A stretch of DNA of 64,000 bases from Malacoraja senta (lineage: Eukaryota). The stretch is from positions 12,650,001 through 12,714,000 of the forward strand of contig CM075992.1 of assembly GCA_038087875.1 (NCBI GenBank), written 5' to 3'. Positions 1 through 12,510 of this stretch are shown piece by piece; within the stretch, counting starts at the first letter, position 1, and every line of letters starts with the position of its first letter. The notes under the pieces are model-generated. The model saw only the letters and a list, made by a program, of their open reading frames with translations. It did no database searches and was not told the origin of the DNA. The translations under genes and the position numbers were made by a program.

Positions 1-1591
1 GTGACTATAATTCCCATAGAATTCAAAGAAGACATCTGTGCAAACCTAAAGAATTTGGCGGATTATCACTCCCTAATTTTTTGTATTATTGCTGGGCCGC
101 AAATGTCAAAAATATGATTCACCTGTTGGACAACTCGGCCCAGCAGGTGGATTGGATAGTAATGGAGAGAGAGGACTGTTCCCCTTTTAATATAGGAGCG
201 ATCCTTCTCGCACCAACAAAATTGAAGAATACAATATATAGTAAAAATCCAATTATCCATAGTACAATTAGAATTTGGAAACAAATAAAATTAACTTTAA
301 AATTAAGAAATCTATCGCTTCTTTCACCTATAATGAATAATCCTTCGTTTAAACCTTCTACGATAGATAAATCGTTTACACACTGGGATAGACTAGGAAT
401 TAAAACGTTTGGAGATATGTATGATAATGGAAGTTTTTTAACATTTCACCAACTACAACTTAAATACAACTTGAGTAGTAATCAATATTTTAAATATTTT
501 CAAATACGTGACTATTTGAACAAATATACACAAGAATATCAAAATATGTCTCCAGACCTATTAGACGAGACAATGAATATAAAAGCGGAATCAACTAATT
601 TAATATCATACCTGTATAATACCATCCTAAATATAGAAATACCATCATCTGATAGGATTAGAAGAGATTGGGAACAAGAACTAGCTATAAATATCTCGAA
701 AGAGAGTTGGGATAAACACTTGTTATATGTGCATAAATGCTCGATTAATGTAAGACACATTCTAATTCAATTCAAAATCTTACATAGATTATATTATTCA
801 AAAGCTAAAATAAGTAAATTTTACCCAAATGTCTCTTCTATCTGTGATAAATGTCTAACCCAAGAAGCAACTATAGCACATTCTTTTGTTTTTTGTATAA
901 AAATTCAAAAATTTTGGAATTAAATCTTTGAAATTTTCACGAAATTATTAAAAATAAAACTGAAACCGAATGCAGAACTGACCATTTTTGGAACAATCGA
1001 AGCCAGTTTGGAGCTGACTTCGTTTCAAAGGAGCTTTCTTAATTATGGTTTAATAACGGCAAAAAAACGTATACTGAAATTTTGGAAAACCGCTCCCACG
1101 TCAACGACCAAAATGTGGATTTCTAATATGTGGGAACTGTTACACCTAGAAGATATGAGATTCCTCTTAGCGGGTAAACCAGACCAATTCCAAAAGATTT
1201 GGTCTCCATTTATCGACATTACAAATATAGGGTGCAACAAAATGTTGATAATAAATGGTTTCAGGACCTGGTGAGGGGTGAGTAAAGATATGAAGTAGGT
1301 ACATCCCTTTATCTTGTCCTATCTTATCTTACTTTTTTTTCTTTTTCTTTCTTTTGGTTTTTTCTCTTTTGTTTAACACTTTCTTGTGGTTTAGGTCCCT
1401 ATGGGTGTTCCTGGACCACTCTTTCAATCACTCACTTACTATCTCTGATAACTCTCTCTATCCTTTTTCTTATTAAAGTTCAAAATAAGAAGTGGTACAA
1501 GAAATGTATAATTTTATGTTTGTTTGAGATCACTGTATTGTACAATACTTCTAATAAAAAAATAAATTTAAAAAAAAGAAAGAAAAAAAAA
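1..1591 (+). mobile_element. L1-clade LINE, 3' part of ORF2, 3' UTR and poly(A); cut by window start
   Basis: ORFs 81-923 and 1008-1274 are L1 ORF2 C-terminal sequence (YYCWAA, QFKILHRLYYS, CDKC..ATIAH..FC zinc knuckle, KMWI..LHLE). T-rich UTR, AATAAA and A-tail at ~1553-1591. Homologous to the element at 27758-34479. Confidence 0.9.
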
Positions 1592-1889
1592 GCAAATTTC
1601 TTTTAAACTTCCTCTCACATCTTAAACCTATGCTCTTCAGAGTTTGACTGATCAACCCTGCGAAAAGGACTCTGACTATCGATCCTATTTTTCTTCTGTA
1701 CCTTTTTCAGGTTGCCCCTCAGTCTGCAACCCACCAACCGAAACAGTCCAAGTTTGTTCAAGCTTTCATTAGAGCTAATAGCCTCTGATGCAAGCAAGGT
1801 GAAATATTCTGCATCCTTTCTAAAGCTTCCACAGTGTGTCAACCAGAATGCACAAAATACTCCAAATATACCCAAATATGGTAAATACT

Positions 1890-2410
1890 GAATAGACACA
1901 AAATGCTGGAATAACTCAGCGAGAGAGGCTGCATCTCTGGAGAGAAGGAATGCATGACGTGTTGGGTCAAGACGCTTCTTCAGACCGAGTGAGAGGACAG
2001 GGAGTCCAGAGATATGGAAGGGTAATGTGTGGAAATGACAGATCAAACAGACGATGATAAAGAAGTAGAATGTTCATTGTTAGCTGAGGGGGAGATAACA
2101 TGGAGGCATACAATCAGTAAAATTAATCAGGAGGACAGTGAGACTAGTGGGAGAACTAGAGTGCGGGAGGGACGGAGAGAGAGGGAAAGCAAGGGTTGGA
2201 GAAATCAAGATTCATACTGCTGGTATCCGTTATTGCCGTATGTCCACTATAACCGAGCAAGGCATTATCATTGTATAAATAGGAGAAACAAACAAGTGCA
2301 GATGTTGGTTAATATACAATGGACAAAAATGCTGGAGTAACTCAGCAAGTCGGGCAGCTTCTCGGGGAACATGGATAGGCGACGTTTCTGGTCGGCATCC
2401 TTCTTCAAAC
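1890..2410 (-). mobile_element. Penelope-like (PLE) terminal-repeat fragments
   Basis: Reverse copies of the recurring unit ctgaagaagggtc..gaaacgtc..ctccagagatgctgcc..gctgagttactccagcattttgtgtc, which follows the GIY-YIG ORFs elsewhere in the window. Confidence 0.7.
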
Positions 2411-2559
2411 TCTTGGTCCGGAACAGGAGCTGGAATCCAGGTGAGTTGACGGCCCTGGCCTGTTGGCAGCTGGGGGTGAAGTGAGGAGAAGCCAGAGCAC
2501 AGATAAGGATTGGCCATGGAGGTGGTTTCGGTGCCAAGAGCAGTAGGCAGGGCATGGGA

Positions 2560-2760
2560 ACCATGGGTGTGGTGGGGATGGTGGTGGCGGCGATGGCTGC
2601 TGTGGTGGCAGGTGTGGCCAGGGTGCCGATGGCGGCAAAGGCAGGGATGGCGTGCCCAGGGGCTGCTAGCCATGGCGATGGTAGGTGTGGCGGAGCGGTG
2701 GTGGTTGTAGCGTTGCAAGCAGCAGGAGAGGCGCCAGAAGCCTGGGGTGGCCGGCGCTGT
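2560..2760. repeat. GC-rich interspersed repeat; diverged inverted copy at ~4838-4998
   Basis: gccatggcgatggtaggtgtggc..ggagcggtggtgg..ggagaggcgcca matches the reverse complement of ~4850-4920. Confidence 0.7.
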
Positions 2761-3272
2761 GGACAGTGAGGAAGGCGTGGGTGGACGGCACTGCGGGCGG
2801 CCAGGGCGGCGACATGAGCTGGGGGCGGCTAACACTGCGAATGGCATGTGGTGTTTGGTGTTTGGAATTTCTCTGCCCAAATTTCCAGCTGAACTATATC
2901 CTGCTGCTTTCATTAGCAACCTTCCTCACTCTCCACAATTCCAATTTTCATGGCATCTGTAAACTTATTATTCAGCTCCCTTACATTTTCATCAAATTCA
3001 TTGGACAAAGCACTGCTACTTACAGATCAGCACAGCTCATAGATGTCCAGTCAGAGAAACACATCTCCAATTCCCTCTGTCATCTGTGACCCAGCCAATA
3101 TGGATCAAATCGCCCAAATCTCCGTGGATCCCATGTGATTTAATCTTCTAAACCCACCTATCATGAAGAACATTGTCAAATGATTTACTAACTACATCTA
3201 TGTAGACTACATCCATTACCCAACACTCATCATCACTTAATGCCGTCAACTCGATAAACGCAATCAAATTTG

Positions 3273-4722
3273 TAGCAATGTTACAAAATTTTGAGATTTA
3301 AAAAATAAATCTGCTGGAGGAACTCAGCGCCTAGAGCTGGGTCTGTGGGGCAAAAACGGTTCAGTTTGAGCATCAGAGACCGTCATGATGCAGGGTCTGG
3401 ACCCAAAACGTCGATAATTTGTGTGTCCCACCCCCCACCCACAGTCTACAAATACTTTGCATCGGAATTGAGCAAGGAGAAAGACATAGGTGATGGTGAG
3501 ATTAGTGAGTGTTTAATATTCTCGGGCATGTCGATATTAAGGAAGAGCAGCTAAAGTGTGTCTTGGAGAACATTAAGGAAGACAAGGACATGGAGCCTGA
3601 TAGAATCTATCCAAGGATACTAATAGAGGCAAGGGAGGAGATACTCGAGGCCTTGACCGGGATAATCTGGGAAACTATAGTAGCAATGTTACAAAATGTT
3701 GAGATTTAAAAAATAAAGACTGCAATTGATCCCATCAGTTAAAGCATAAAAATAAGTTTAATTTGACACCTAATTCACTTTCATATCTTCAGTATTAAAA
3801 AAGTTATGGCCATTTTCATACTCGGAAATTAGCATATTGTTCCCTATTGCTTTTCCATTGACTTAACACAAAAGCTGTGATCGAGGACAGTCAAAAGCCC
3901 ATAACTTTCTTAAAAATTAAGAGAACTGAAAGACATTTTCAGTTATTATAGATTGAAGCATTCTGAAACAAATATGAAACAATCTTACTTAGATGACATG
4001 AAATTAAAGCATATAATTAGTTAGTTACCTAATTGTAGCTAATTACAAAATTCAATTACTAGATCTAAACATCTATCAATTTCTTAAGAATATATTAACA
4101 TTTTTAAATAGCGTAAGTGTCCAAATAACATTCTGACAAGAATTCACAATATAACATAATTTTTAAATCTCATTGTCATGGATTTACAGGCCAAATGGAA
4201 AGAATTGAATGTTTAATATGTAAATTAATGGCCATTTAAATCATTTTGTGAGTGAGGTTTTCTAAACGCGATCATTTGGAACGTTGATTTGCGGTGAATT
4301 TAACCCCGTATCGGCATGAAAAATTCTGCCGTTAGTTCGGGGAAAAGAATCACCGTTTTGCATTAAAAAATATGAATTAAAGGCTTCTTAAGAAGCACTT
4401 TTATACATTAAAATAAACTACTTTCGTTTACCTGTCCCGTGTGTTAAATCCGTCCCCGTTGTCAGCGTTGACGGCTTTCGAAGCTGATTTTAAAATAACT
4501 CCAGCGCTGACATTGTCGATTTAATAAAAATAAAAAATACACAAAACCCCCGTAGGAACGATTTTTCAGCAAACGCTTGTACTCCAACGAAATATAATTC
4601 AGGACAAGGTAGGAGAAACCCGTGTTTTAACCCCACACTCCCCCCTTAAAGGCGCCAAAATCACGCACACGGCCAGTGGCAGAATTGCAGCGCCGCTGAA
4701 GGTAGGTATTGTAACATACCTA
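3273..4722 (+). mobile_element. Non-autonomous DNA transposon copy A (~1.04 kb core plus 411-bp internal insert); strand arbitrary
   Basis: Termini TAGCAATGTTACAAAA...ATTGTAACATACCTA (imperfect TIR). 7-bp TSD AAATTTG at 3266-3272 and 4723-4729. Inserted in a decayed minus-strand CR1 fragment. No transposase ORF. Confidence 0.85.
3308..3718 (-). repeat. Perfect inverted duplicate of 6021-6431
   Basis: Reverse-complement identical by eye. The ORF track gives identical peptides for 3345-3554(+) vs 6185-6394(-) and 3509-3709(+) vs 6030-6230(-). Confidence 0.95.
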
Positions 4723-5017
4723 AAATTTGTAAGATAGGACCTGCCCCACATAAAGCCACTCTGAATATTACTAATAAATCCATGATTTCCCAAATGCAAA
4801 TACCAAATCCTGTCCTTAAAAATCTTCTTCAATCTTACACCCCTGGCTTGTGGCGCCTCTCCTGCTGTTAGCAGCGCTTCCACCACCACCGCTCCGGCCA
4901 CACCTACCATCGCCATGGCGAGCAGCCCTTGGGCTGTTCCCACGCGGTCCCTGCCTTTACCTCCGCCGGCACCCTGGTCGCGCCTGCAACACAGCAGGCG
5001 TCTAACTTGCCTATAGT

Positions 5018-6058
5018 TAGGTATGTTACAAAACTTACCTTCATTCGCGCTGTAATTCTGCCACTGGCCGTGTGCGCGATTTTGGCGCCTTTAAGGGGGG
5101 GCGGGGTTAAAACGCGGGTTTCTCCTCCCTTGTCCTGGTTAATATTTTGTTGGAGTACGAGCGTTGGCTGACAAATCGTTCCTAGTGGCATTTTGTGTAT
5201 TTTTTATTTTTATTAAATCGTCAATGTCAGCGCTGGAGTAATTTTAAAAGCAGCTCCTGAAGCGTCAATGCCGATAACGGGGACGGATTTCACACACGGG
5301 ACAGGTAAACAAAAGTAGTTTCTTTAAATGTATAAAAGTGCTTCTTAAGAAGCCTTTAATTCACATTTTTTCATGCGACACGGTGATTTTATTCCCCGAA
5401 TTAACGGCAGTATTTTTCATGCCAATACGGGGTTAAATTCACTGCAAATCAACGTTCCAAAAGATCGCGTTCCAGAAAATCCTCACTCACAAGATGATTT
5501 AAATGCCCATTAATTTACAGGTATTAAACATTCAATTCCTTCCATTTGGCCTGTAAATTCATGAAAATGAGATTTAAAATTATGTTATATTGTGAATTAT
5601 TGTGTGAATGTTATTTGGACACTTAGGCTATTTAAAAATGTTAATCTATTCTTAAGAAATTGATAGATGTTTAGATCTAGTAATTGAATTTTGTAATTAG
5701 CTACAATTAGGTAACTAACTAATTATATGCTTTACTTTCATGTCTTCTAAGTAAGATTGTTTCATATTTGTTTCAGAATGCTTCAATCTATAATAACTGA
5801 AAATTTATTTCAGTTATCTTAATTTTTAAGAAAGTTATGGGCTTTTGACTGTCCTCGATCACAGCTTTTGTGTTAAGTCAATGGAAAAGCAATAGGGAAC
5901 AAGATGCTAATTTCCGAGTATGAAAATGGCCATAACTTCTTTAATACTGAAGATATGAAAGTGAATTAGGTGTCAAATTAAACTTCTTTTTATGCTTTAT
6001 CTGATGGGATAAATTGCAGACTTTATTTTTTAAATCTCAACATTTTGTAACATTGCTA
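5018..6058 (-). mobile_element. Non-autonomous DNA transposon copy B (same family as copy A, opposite orientation)
   Basis: Termini TAGGTATGTTACAAAA...TTTTGTAACATTGCTA. 7-bp TSD CTATAGT at 5011-5017 and 6059-6065. Body is a diverged reverse complement of 3681-4722. Confidence 0.9.
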
Positions 6059-6621
6059 CTATAGTTTCCCAGATTATCCCGGTCAAGGCCTCGAGTATCT
6101 CCTCCCTTGCCTCTATTAGTATCCTTGGATAGATTCTATCAGGCTCCATGTCCTTGTCTTCCTTAATGTTCTCCAAGACACACTTTAGCTGCTCTTCCTT
6201 AATATCGACATGCCCGAGAATATTAAACACTCACTAATCTCACCATCACCTATGTCTTTCTCCTTGCTCAATTCCGATGCAAAGTATTTGTAGACTGTGG
6301 GTGGGGGGTGGGACACACAAATTATCGACGTTTTGGGTCCAGACCCTGCATCATGACGGTCTCTGATGCTCAAACTGAACCGTTTTTGCCCCACAGACCC
6401 AGCTCTAGGCGCTGAGTTCCTCCAGCAGATTGTCGCTCCAGATTACAGCATCTGCAGTCTCACGTGTCTCCTCCAGCTTTAACGTCCGGTGCATTGATAG
6501 GTCTGGGAACTGGCCGGATCTGAACTTCATGTCCTCCTCTGTGGGACGTGCCTCTGTACAGCTGCTGAAGTTCTGCTGGACGATGTGAGTCGTACAACAG
6601 TTCGATCTTTCTGAGAGCAGG

Positions 6622-6652
6622 ATGCGAGCCGTGTACAGCTACCTTCTATTGG
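6622..6652 (+). CDS. Putative coding exon 1 (start of signal peptide, MRAVYSYLLL+G) of an ADGRE/EGF-TM7-like adhesion GPCR
   Basis: ATG in gcaggATGc context within non-repetitive sequence. 31 coding nt end at a phase-1 donor G|GTATGT and join in frame with exon 37597. A short phase-1 first coding exon is typical of EGF-TM7 genes. Confidence 0.6.
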
Positions 6653-7419
6653 GTATGTGAAGGGATATTTATCTCCGTGTAACACGCCGTCTCAACATTA
6701 TTATACAGTTAAACGTTGTATCTTTTTCTGTAAGAATTACTCATGGTCTTCTCAGCTTTACGATTTCCTTCCTTCATGTACATAGAAAAGGATCCATTCT
6801 CTTACCTCTTAAATAATGTTCAGACCGGATAATTAGACTTCTGGCGAACACAAAGTGCTGGATCGAGCAGCATCTGTGGAGGGAATGAACGGGTCGGGAC
6901 CTTTCCGATTGGGACCTTCCTTTACATTTTTAATTGACTCTCCCAGCGTGTCGTGGTTGTTATTCCAAGTCTCTTTCCCTGTCACCACCACCTTATCTAT
7001 ATCTCTACATCTATCTTTGATTTGATCTTTATTCATCGTGGTGACTTTTCCTCCCTCTCTGCCCCATCTCAGGGTAACTCCGTTTCTGCACATTCCATTT
7101 TCCACACTCTCTCCCGAGCGAGTGAATGTTGTCACCAGCTGCCGGAGCAGCCCTTTGCACTAAAACTAGTCGTGGTTTCACTCGCACAGTGGTGGGAGTC
7201 TCCAACAAGCCCACAGCTTGCTGGCAGTTGTAGCGGTCAGCGCAACGTGAAACTGTTCTCCCTGCAATGTTGCAATACAGAAAGTGATCGCCTTGAACTG
7301 TGGAAGCTCATTCATGAATACAAGACAATTGTAGACTCAATAGTACGTGGGGAAACGCTGGTACATGATGGGTCCTCAGGCAGTGTGTGGGTGGAACTTC
7401 TTAAAAAATATTAGTTTGA

Positions 7420-7760
7420 AAAGGTGTGCTTGGGCAGCTTACAGCCCAGTGGTATGAATATCGATTTGTCTGACTTGAAGTAACCCTGGCATTCCCTTTC
7501 TTTCTATCCTTCCCTCACCCAAGTCGCACCAACTTTTCGTTTTTCACCATACAAGCAGATAACAATGGCCTGTTTCCTTTATTATCGTTAGTTTTTTGCA
7601 TATATTTCATTCTTTGTTCTTTATCTCGACGCCATAGTCTATATCTCACATTTCCCTTATCCCTAACCAAACTGAAGAAGGGTCTTGACCCGAAACGTCA
7701 CCAAATCCTTCTCTCCGGAGATGCTACCTGTCCCGCTGAGTTGCTCCAGCTTTTTGTGTA
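7420..7760 (+). mobile_element. PLE 3' fragment with terminal repeat
   Basis: gcttgggcagcttacagcccagtggtatgaatatcgatt (end of the GIY-YIG ORF), followed by UTR and the hammerhead-like unit. Confidence 0.75.
7672..7699 (+). ncRNA. Minimal type I hammerhead-ribozyme-like core in PLE terminal repeat (representative copy)
   Basis: CTGAAGA-A-[GGGT cttg ACCC]-GAAA-CG-TC: CUGANGA and GAAA boxes flank stem II, followed by palindromic ACGT (helix III) and a GUC triplet. Confidence 0.6.
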
Positions 7761-9624
7761 GATAGCTTTAAGGTGAGCGGGCAACAGTTTACAGAGAAGT
7801 TTAAAGAAAATGTGTGGGGCAAGTTGTTTAACAGTGTGTTGGGTGTCTGGAACGTTGCTGCCAGGGCTGGTGGTGGAGGCAGATACAATTGTGGTGTTTA
7901 GGAGGTTTTTAGATAGGCTCATGGTTATGCAGGGAATACAGGGATATGCATCGTGCAGACATGCTCTATGTTCTATGACCATGGGAAGCGGCTTCAGCAG
8001 GTTTGATCCCAATTGACGAAAATGTCTATTGATTTGATAATTTACAGATTATTGCATTTGATTTATTATGTTGAGTTTTGGAAACTTTGCTATAGCAAAG
8101 ATAAGTTGAGTTTCCTCCAGGGATTCCAGTTTCCTCCAACATCCCAAAGACTTGTTAATTAGCCTCTGTAAATTGCCGCACGTATGTAGGGTGTATGAGA
8201 AAATGGGATAATATAGAACGAATGTGAAAGGGTGATTGATTGATGATTGGCATGACTCAATAGGCCACGGGGCCTGTTTCCATACTGTATCTGTAAACTC
8301 AACTAAACTTCCAAAAGAATGTTTTAGTAATGGTGAGAGTGGCAGAAAAGGTTAACCAGGATGTTGTGCGAGAAAGGTCCCGACCCAAAATGTTGTCTCT
8401 CTATTTCCCTCCACGGAGAACGCCCGAGTCAGTCTTTTTCCACAAGGCTGTTGAATATAGAACTTAAGGTTTTGATTTAAGATGAGAGAGGAGATATTAC
8501 AATGTTTAAATCGGTTTGGACAAGCGCTTGGAAAGGAAAGATGTAAGGGAATACCGGCTTCATCCAGGTAATTGGGATCAGCATAGATCGGCATCATGGT
8601 CAGTGTGATCGTGGGGGATGGGGGTGGCAAGAGGGTCATGTTCTCTGCTGGTTCCCAATATTTTGCTCTGCGGTTTGACTAAACATTTTTTTCTATTATT
8701 ACAAGAGAATCGATCTTTCAAATTCATGGATTTCCCAGTTCTCACAAAATCAGCTCCCGTTTCCAAGCTGTATCTCTAAACTAAACATTCTTACCATATC
8801 TGTTATCATGCTTACCAGATTCTCTCTGCCTAAGTCACAATGTGCTGATAATCGCCCTACTCCAACTAATCTGGGCTCTGTGGTTTACACTCGATGCGGA
8901 GACCATGCCCAGCCAGTGTGCCTTCCAAAAATGCAATAGAAAATTATTCCTTGGGAGAGGCCTGCGGTGTGATTTTACAAGGGTCCCCTTGTCCCTCTTC
9001 CTCCTCCAACACCAATCCCCTCCTCTCCCCACACCCCTCTCAACACCTGCCTTCTCTGTCCTCTCCTGCTCCTCCCCCTCTCTCAACAAACCCATTCTCT
9101 TCTCCCCCTTACCTACCTCCTCTCATCACCAACCTTCTCTCCTTTCCCACTCTCCGTCCCCTCAACCCTATCCTTTCCCTCCCTTCCTTCCCGGGGCCCC
9201 AGAGGTCACAGCTCCAGTTCCCCTATCTACACCCGCTCCCCTCTGTTTCTGCTTCAGCTTGTGTGAAACTGCTTTTCTTCAGCTACTTTCCACAGCTTGT
9301 TTGTTCTCACTTCTGTTAACCCTTTCCCACCCACCTTGACCTTTCTTGCTTTCTCCCCACTACTACACACAGTCTGAAGAAGGGACCCAGCCCGAAATGT
9401 TGTCTGTCCATTCTCATCAAAGGTGTTTCCTGACCCACTGAGTTCTTCCAGCATTTTGTGTTTTGTACAAACTAATTGTTTCTACTTAAGAGTGTTTAAT
9501 TGTCAAATGGAACGGATGTGAACCGGAACAATGAAATTCTTACTTGCTGCAGCTTTACAGATACATTAGCTGTGGCATCAACAATGTACAATGACTTATC
9601 AGTTATTCTCAATATTTATAACCA

Positions 9625-9938
9625 CGGTGACACAGTGGCGCAGCGGTAGAGTTGCTGCCATACAGCGCCGGTGACCCGGGTTCGATCCTGACTATGGGTG
9701 CTGTCTGTACAGACTTTGTACATTCTCCCCGTGACCTCATGGATTTTCTATGAGATCTTTTGTTTCTTCCCACATTCCAAACACATACAGGTTTGTAGGT
9801 TATTTGGCTTGGTATAAGTGTAAATTGTCCCTAGTGTGTGTAGGATAGTTTAATGTGCGGGGATCGCTGGTCGGTGCGGACTCGGTGGGCCGAAGGGCCT
9901 GTTTCCATGCTGTATCTCAAAACTAAACTAAACTAAAC
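9625..9938 (+). mobile_element. tRNA-derived SINE (V-SINE/HE1-like)
   Basis: A box gtggcgcagcggtagag, B box gggttcgatcc, central domain, CR1-like 3' end gggccgaagggcctgtttccatgctgtatct and (ctaaa)n tail. Confidence 0.85.
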
Positions 9939-10636
9939 CACAGTGAAGAATTGGGCACAGAATGGGAGGTAGTAGAAATCCCCTGGCAAGTGCAGCAAAA
10001 ACATAGAACATAGAGGTTGTCAGAAATTACAACAGGATCACGATCAGTTGAACAAGTGGGCTGAGGTTAATGGAGTAAATGCAGATAAGTGTGAGGTCTT
10101 GCATTTTGGGAAGTTAAACCAGGGCAGGGCCTTCACAGTGAATGGCAGAGCCCTGGGAGTGTTGCAGAGCAGAATGATATGGAGTGCAGGGACCTAGATC
10201 ATTATCAGTGGCATCACACATAATGTGTGACCACACGGTGGTTAAGAAGGCTTTCAGTATATTGACGTTCATCAGTTCAACCATGTTGCCAGCACTTGAG
10301 AGCCTGAGCTATAGGGAGAGGGTGGGCAGGCTAGGATTTCTTACTTGGAGCGCAGGAGGCTGAGGGGTGCTGTTACACAGATGCATAAGATCTTGTGGGG
10401 AATACATTGGGTGAAGGCGCACGTTTTTTACCCAGAGTATCTCTCCTTGCAGCTAAGACCCTCTAATGCAGGCAGAATTCTGGTAGAAAGTGTTTGAGAC
10501 TCTCTGGTGTGGAGCAGCATATCTACTCAGGCTCTGTGGCTACGAGCCCTTCACCACTACCGAGTACTTGCACAGGTTAGAGGGCACCGTTGTTACTTCT
10601 GCTTTGGCTGTCTATGGTGACAGGCTTCAATTACTG

Positions 10637-10935
10637 TTTAGTTTAGTTTAGTTCAGAGTTACAACACGGAAACAGGCCCTTCGTCCAACTGAGTCCGAGC
10701 CAATGCACGATCACCTGTACACTAGTTCCATCCTAGTCACGAGGGACAATTTAAAGAGCCCAATTAACATACAAACCTGGACATCTTTGGAATGTAGGAG
10801 AAATCCAGAGCATCCGGTGAAATCCTATGTGGTCACAGGGAGAACATACAAACTCTGTACAGACAGAACCATAGGCAGAATTGAACCTGGTTCTCTGGCA
10901 CTGTAAGGTAGCAACTCTAACTCAGCGTCACTCTG
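10637..10935 (-). mobile_element. tRNA-derived SINE, same family
   Basis: (tttag)n tail, ggaaacaggcccttcg, ggtcacagggagaacatacaaactc and reverse B box. Confidence 0.75.
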
Positions 10936-11619
10936 TCATGTCTGAGGTACATCAGAACCAGCAACTGCCTTCACATTGCCACCATATTCTGTCCTGGCCA
11001 GTACATCACCTCATTTGGAACAGCATTTATTTTACTTATGTTGAACTTACAAGTTCTGCCAACTGGTTGTCTGAAACTCTGTGTAACCTTGGTTTGTAGC
11101 TGACATTTTGAATGGGTAAATGGCAATTATGGCAATGTGCCAAACATGACTTTTTACAATTCATAGAAGGAAGGATTTGCATGGATATTAACATACGATT
11201 GGCAAGAGGAGCAAAGTTTAAAGAAGACATGCGAGGCAAGTTTTTGGTGTAAAACAAAAGTGAGAGTAATAATAATAATAATAATGGATTTTATTTATGG
11301 GCGCCTTATACCGAGGTCTCAAGGACACCATACAGAGATTTATAGAAAACATATAATCAGAATTTTAAAAAAAATAGGTTATAAAGACCAATACATAAAT
11401 CAGGGACAGAATTCCTTCCAAAAACACAAAAAAAAAAGAAAATCAGAAGCACAATTTGAGTAGTGGGTATCTGGAGTTGTGGGTATCTGGAGCATGCTAC
11501 CAGGGGTGGTAGTGGAGGCAGGTACAAGACTCACATGTTAGAGGCTTTTAGATAGGCACATGCATGTGGAGGGATATGGATCACATGCAGATAGATGAGG
11601 TTAGTTTCCAATCCCCAAC

Positions 11620-12510
11620 TCCTTCTCTGCTGCATTACTGACCGCATCAGAGCAGTCATGCAAAACTTGTTGATTTCATTAACTTGACCACTACCTTCCA
11701 CCCTGGCCTCAAATGCACTTTATCCATCTCCGACACCCCTCTCCAATTTCTTAATCTGTGTCTACTTCACAAGGGGTTGACTATTGACTGGCCTCTAACA
11801 CAAACCCACTGACACCCACGGTTATATGGACTACACTTCCTTCCACCCTGCCATCCCCTACTCTCAATATCTCCATGTCCACCGCATCTGCTCCACAGAT
11901 GAGCCTTACCATTCTAACACATCCAAGATGTCTTCATTCTTTTGTAAACGTGGTTTCCTACCTGCTGTCATAGATGAATCCCTCACGTGCGTCTCCTCGG
12001 TGTCCTGTAGTTCTGCTCTCGCTGTCCCCCACAGAGGTGGAATGAGGATAGAGCTGCCTTGGTCCTTGCCTTTCACCCCACCAGCCTCCCAACATACCAT
12101 TCTCCTACATTGCCATCAATTCCAGCATGATCCCACCACCAGTCACAGCTTCCCATCCCATCCCCACCCCATTTCGCCTTCCAGAAAGACCACTCCCTCT
12201 ACAACTTCATGGTTCACTCATCCCCTCCTGTCCAAACCACCAGGTCCTTTCCCCTGCAACTGCAGGAGATGCAACACCGGTCCCTATGACCTATCCCTCA
12301 CTTCCAACCAAGGACCCCAGCTGACCTTCCAGGTGAGACAGGTTTACTTGTACTTCCTCTGTTCCCGATGTGACCACCCACATATTGGCAATACCACCCA
12401 TAGACTCAGTGATTGTTTCATCTAACACGTGATCGCTCTGCCAAGGCTGCTAGATCTCCCGGTTGCTAACCATTTTAACTCCTCTTCCCATTCCCATACC
12501 CTCGACCTCA
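11620..12510 (+). mobile_element. Decayed PLE (RT C-terminus to GIY-YIG)
   Basis: ORF 11826-12425 DYTSFHP..IPYSQYLHVHRICS..MSSFFCKRGF..PCNCRRCNT aligns with the PLE ORF at 35448. Confidence 0.75.

Noticed and set aside
2230..2962. Long overlapping GC-rich ORFs (also 19108-19529, 23941-24670, 40565-41270)
   Set aside because: Open in several frames on both strands because of GC richness; low complexity with no domains.
3681..6058. A single fold-back transposon with ~1-kb TIRs
   Set aside because: Each arm has its own termini and distinct 7-bp TSD, and the spacer continues the host CR1 remnant.
3345..6394. Identical small ORF pairs as duplicated genes
   Set aside because: By-products of the inverted duplication of decayed CR1/PLE sequence.
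8842..9339. 165-aa ORF with a signal-peptide-like start
   Set aside because: Mostly a polypyrimidine low-complexity tract running into a PLE terminal repeat; no splice or domain support.
9625..9700. tRNA gene
   Set aside because: A/B boxes run straight into a SINE body and tail; it is a tRNA-derived SINE head.
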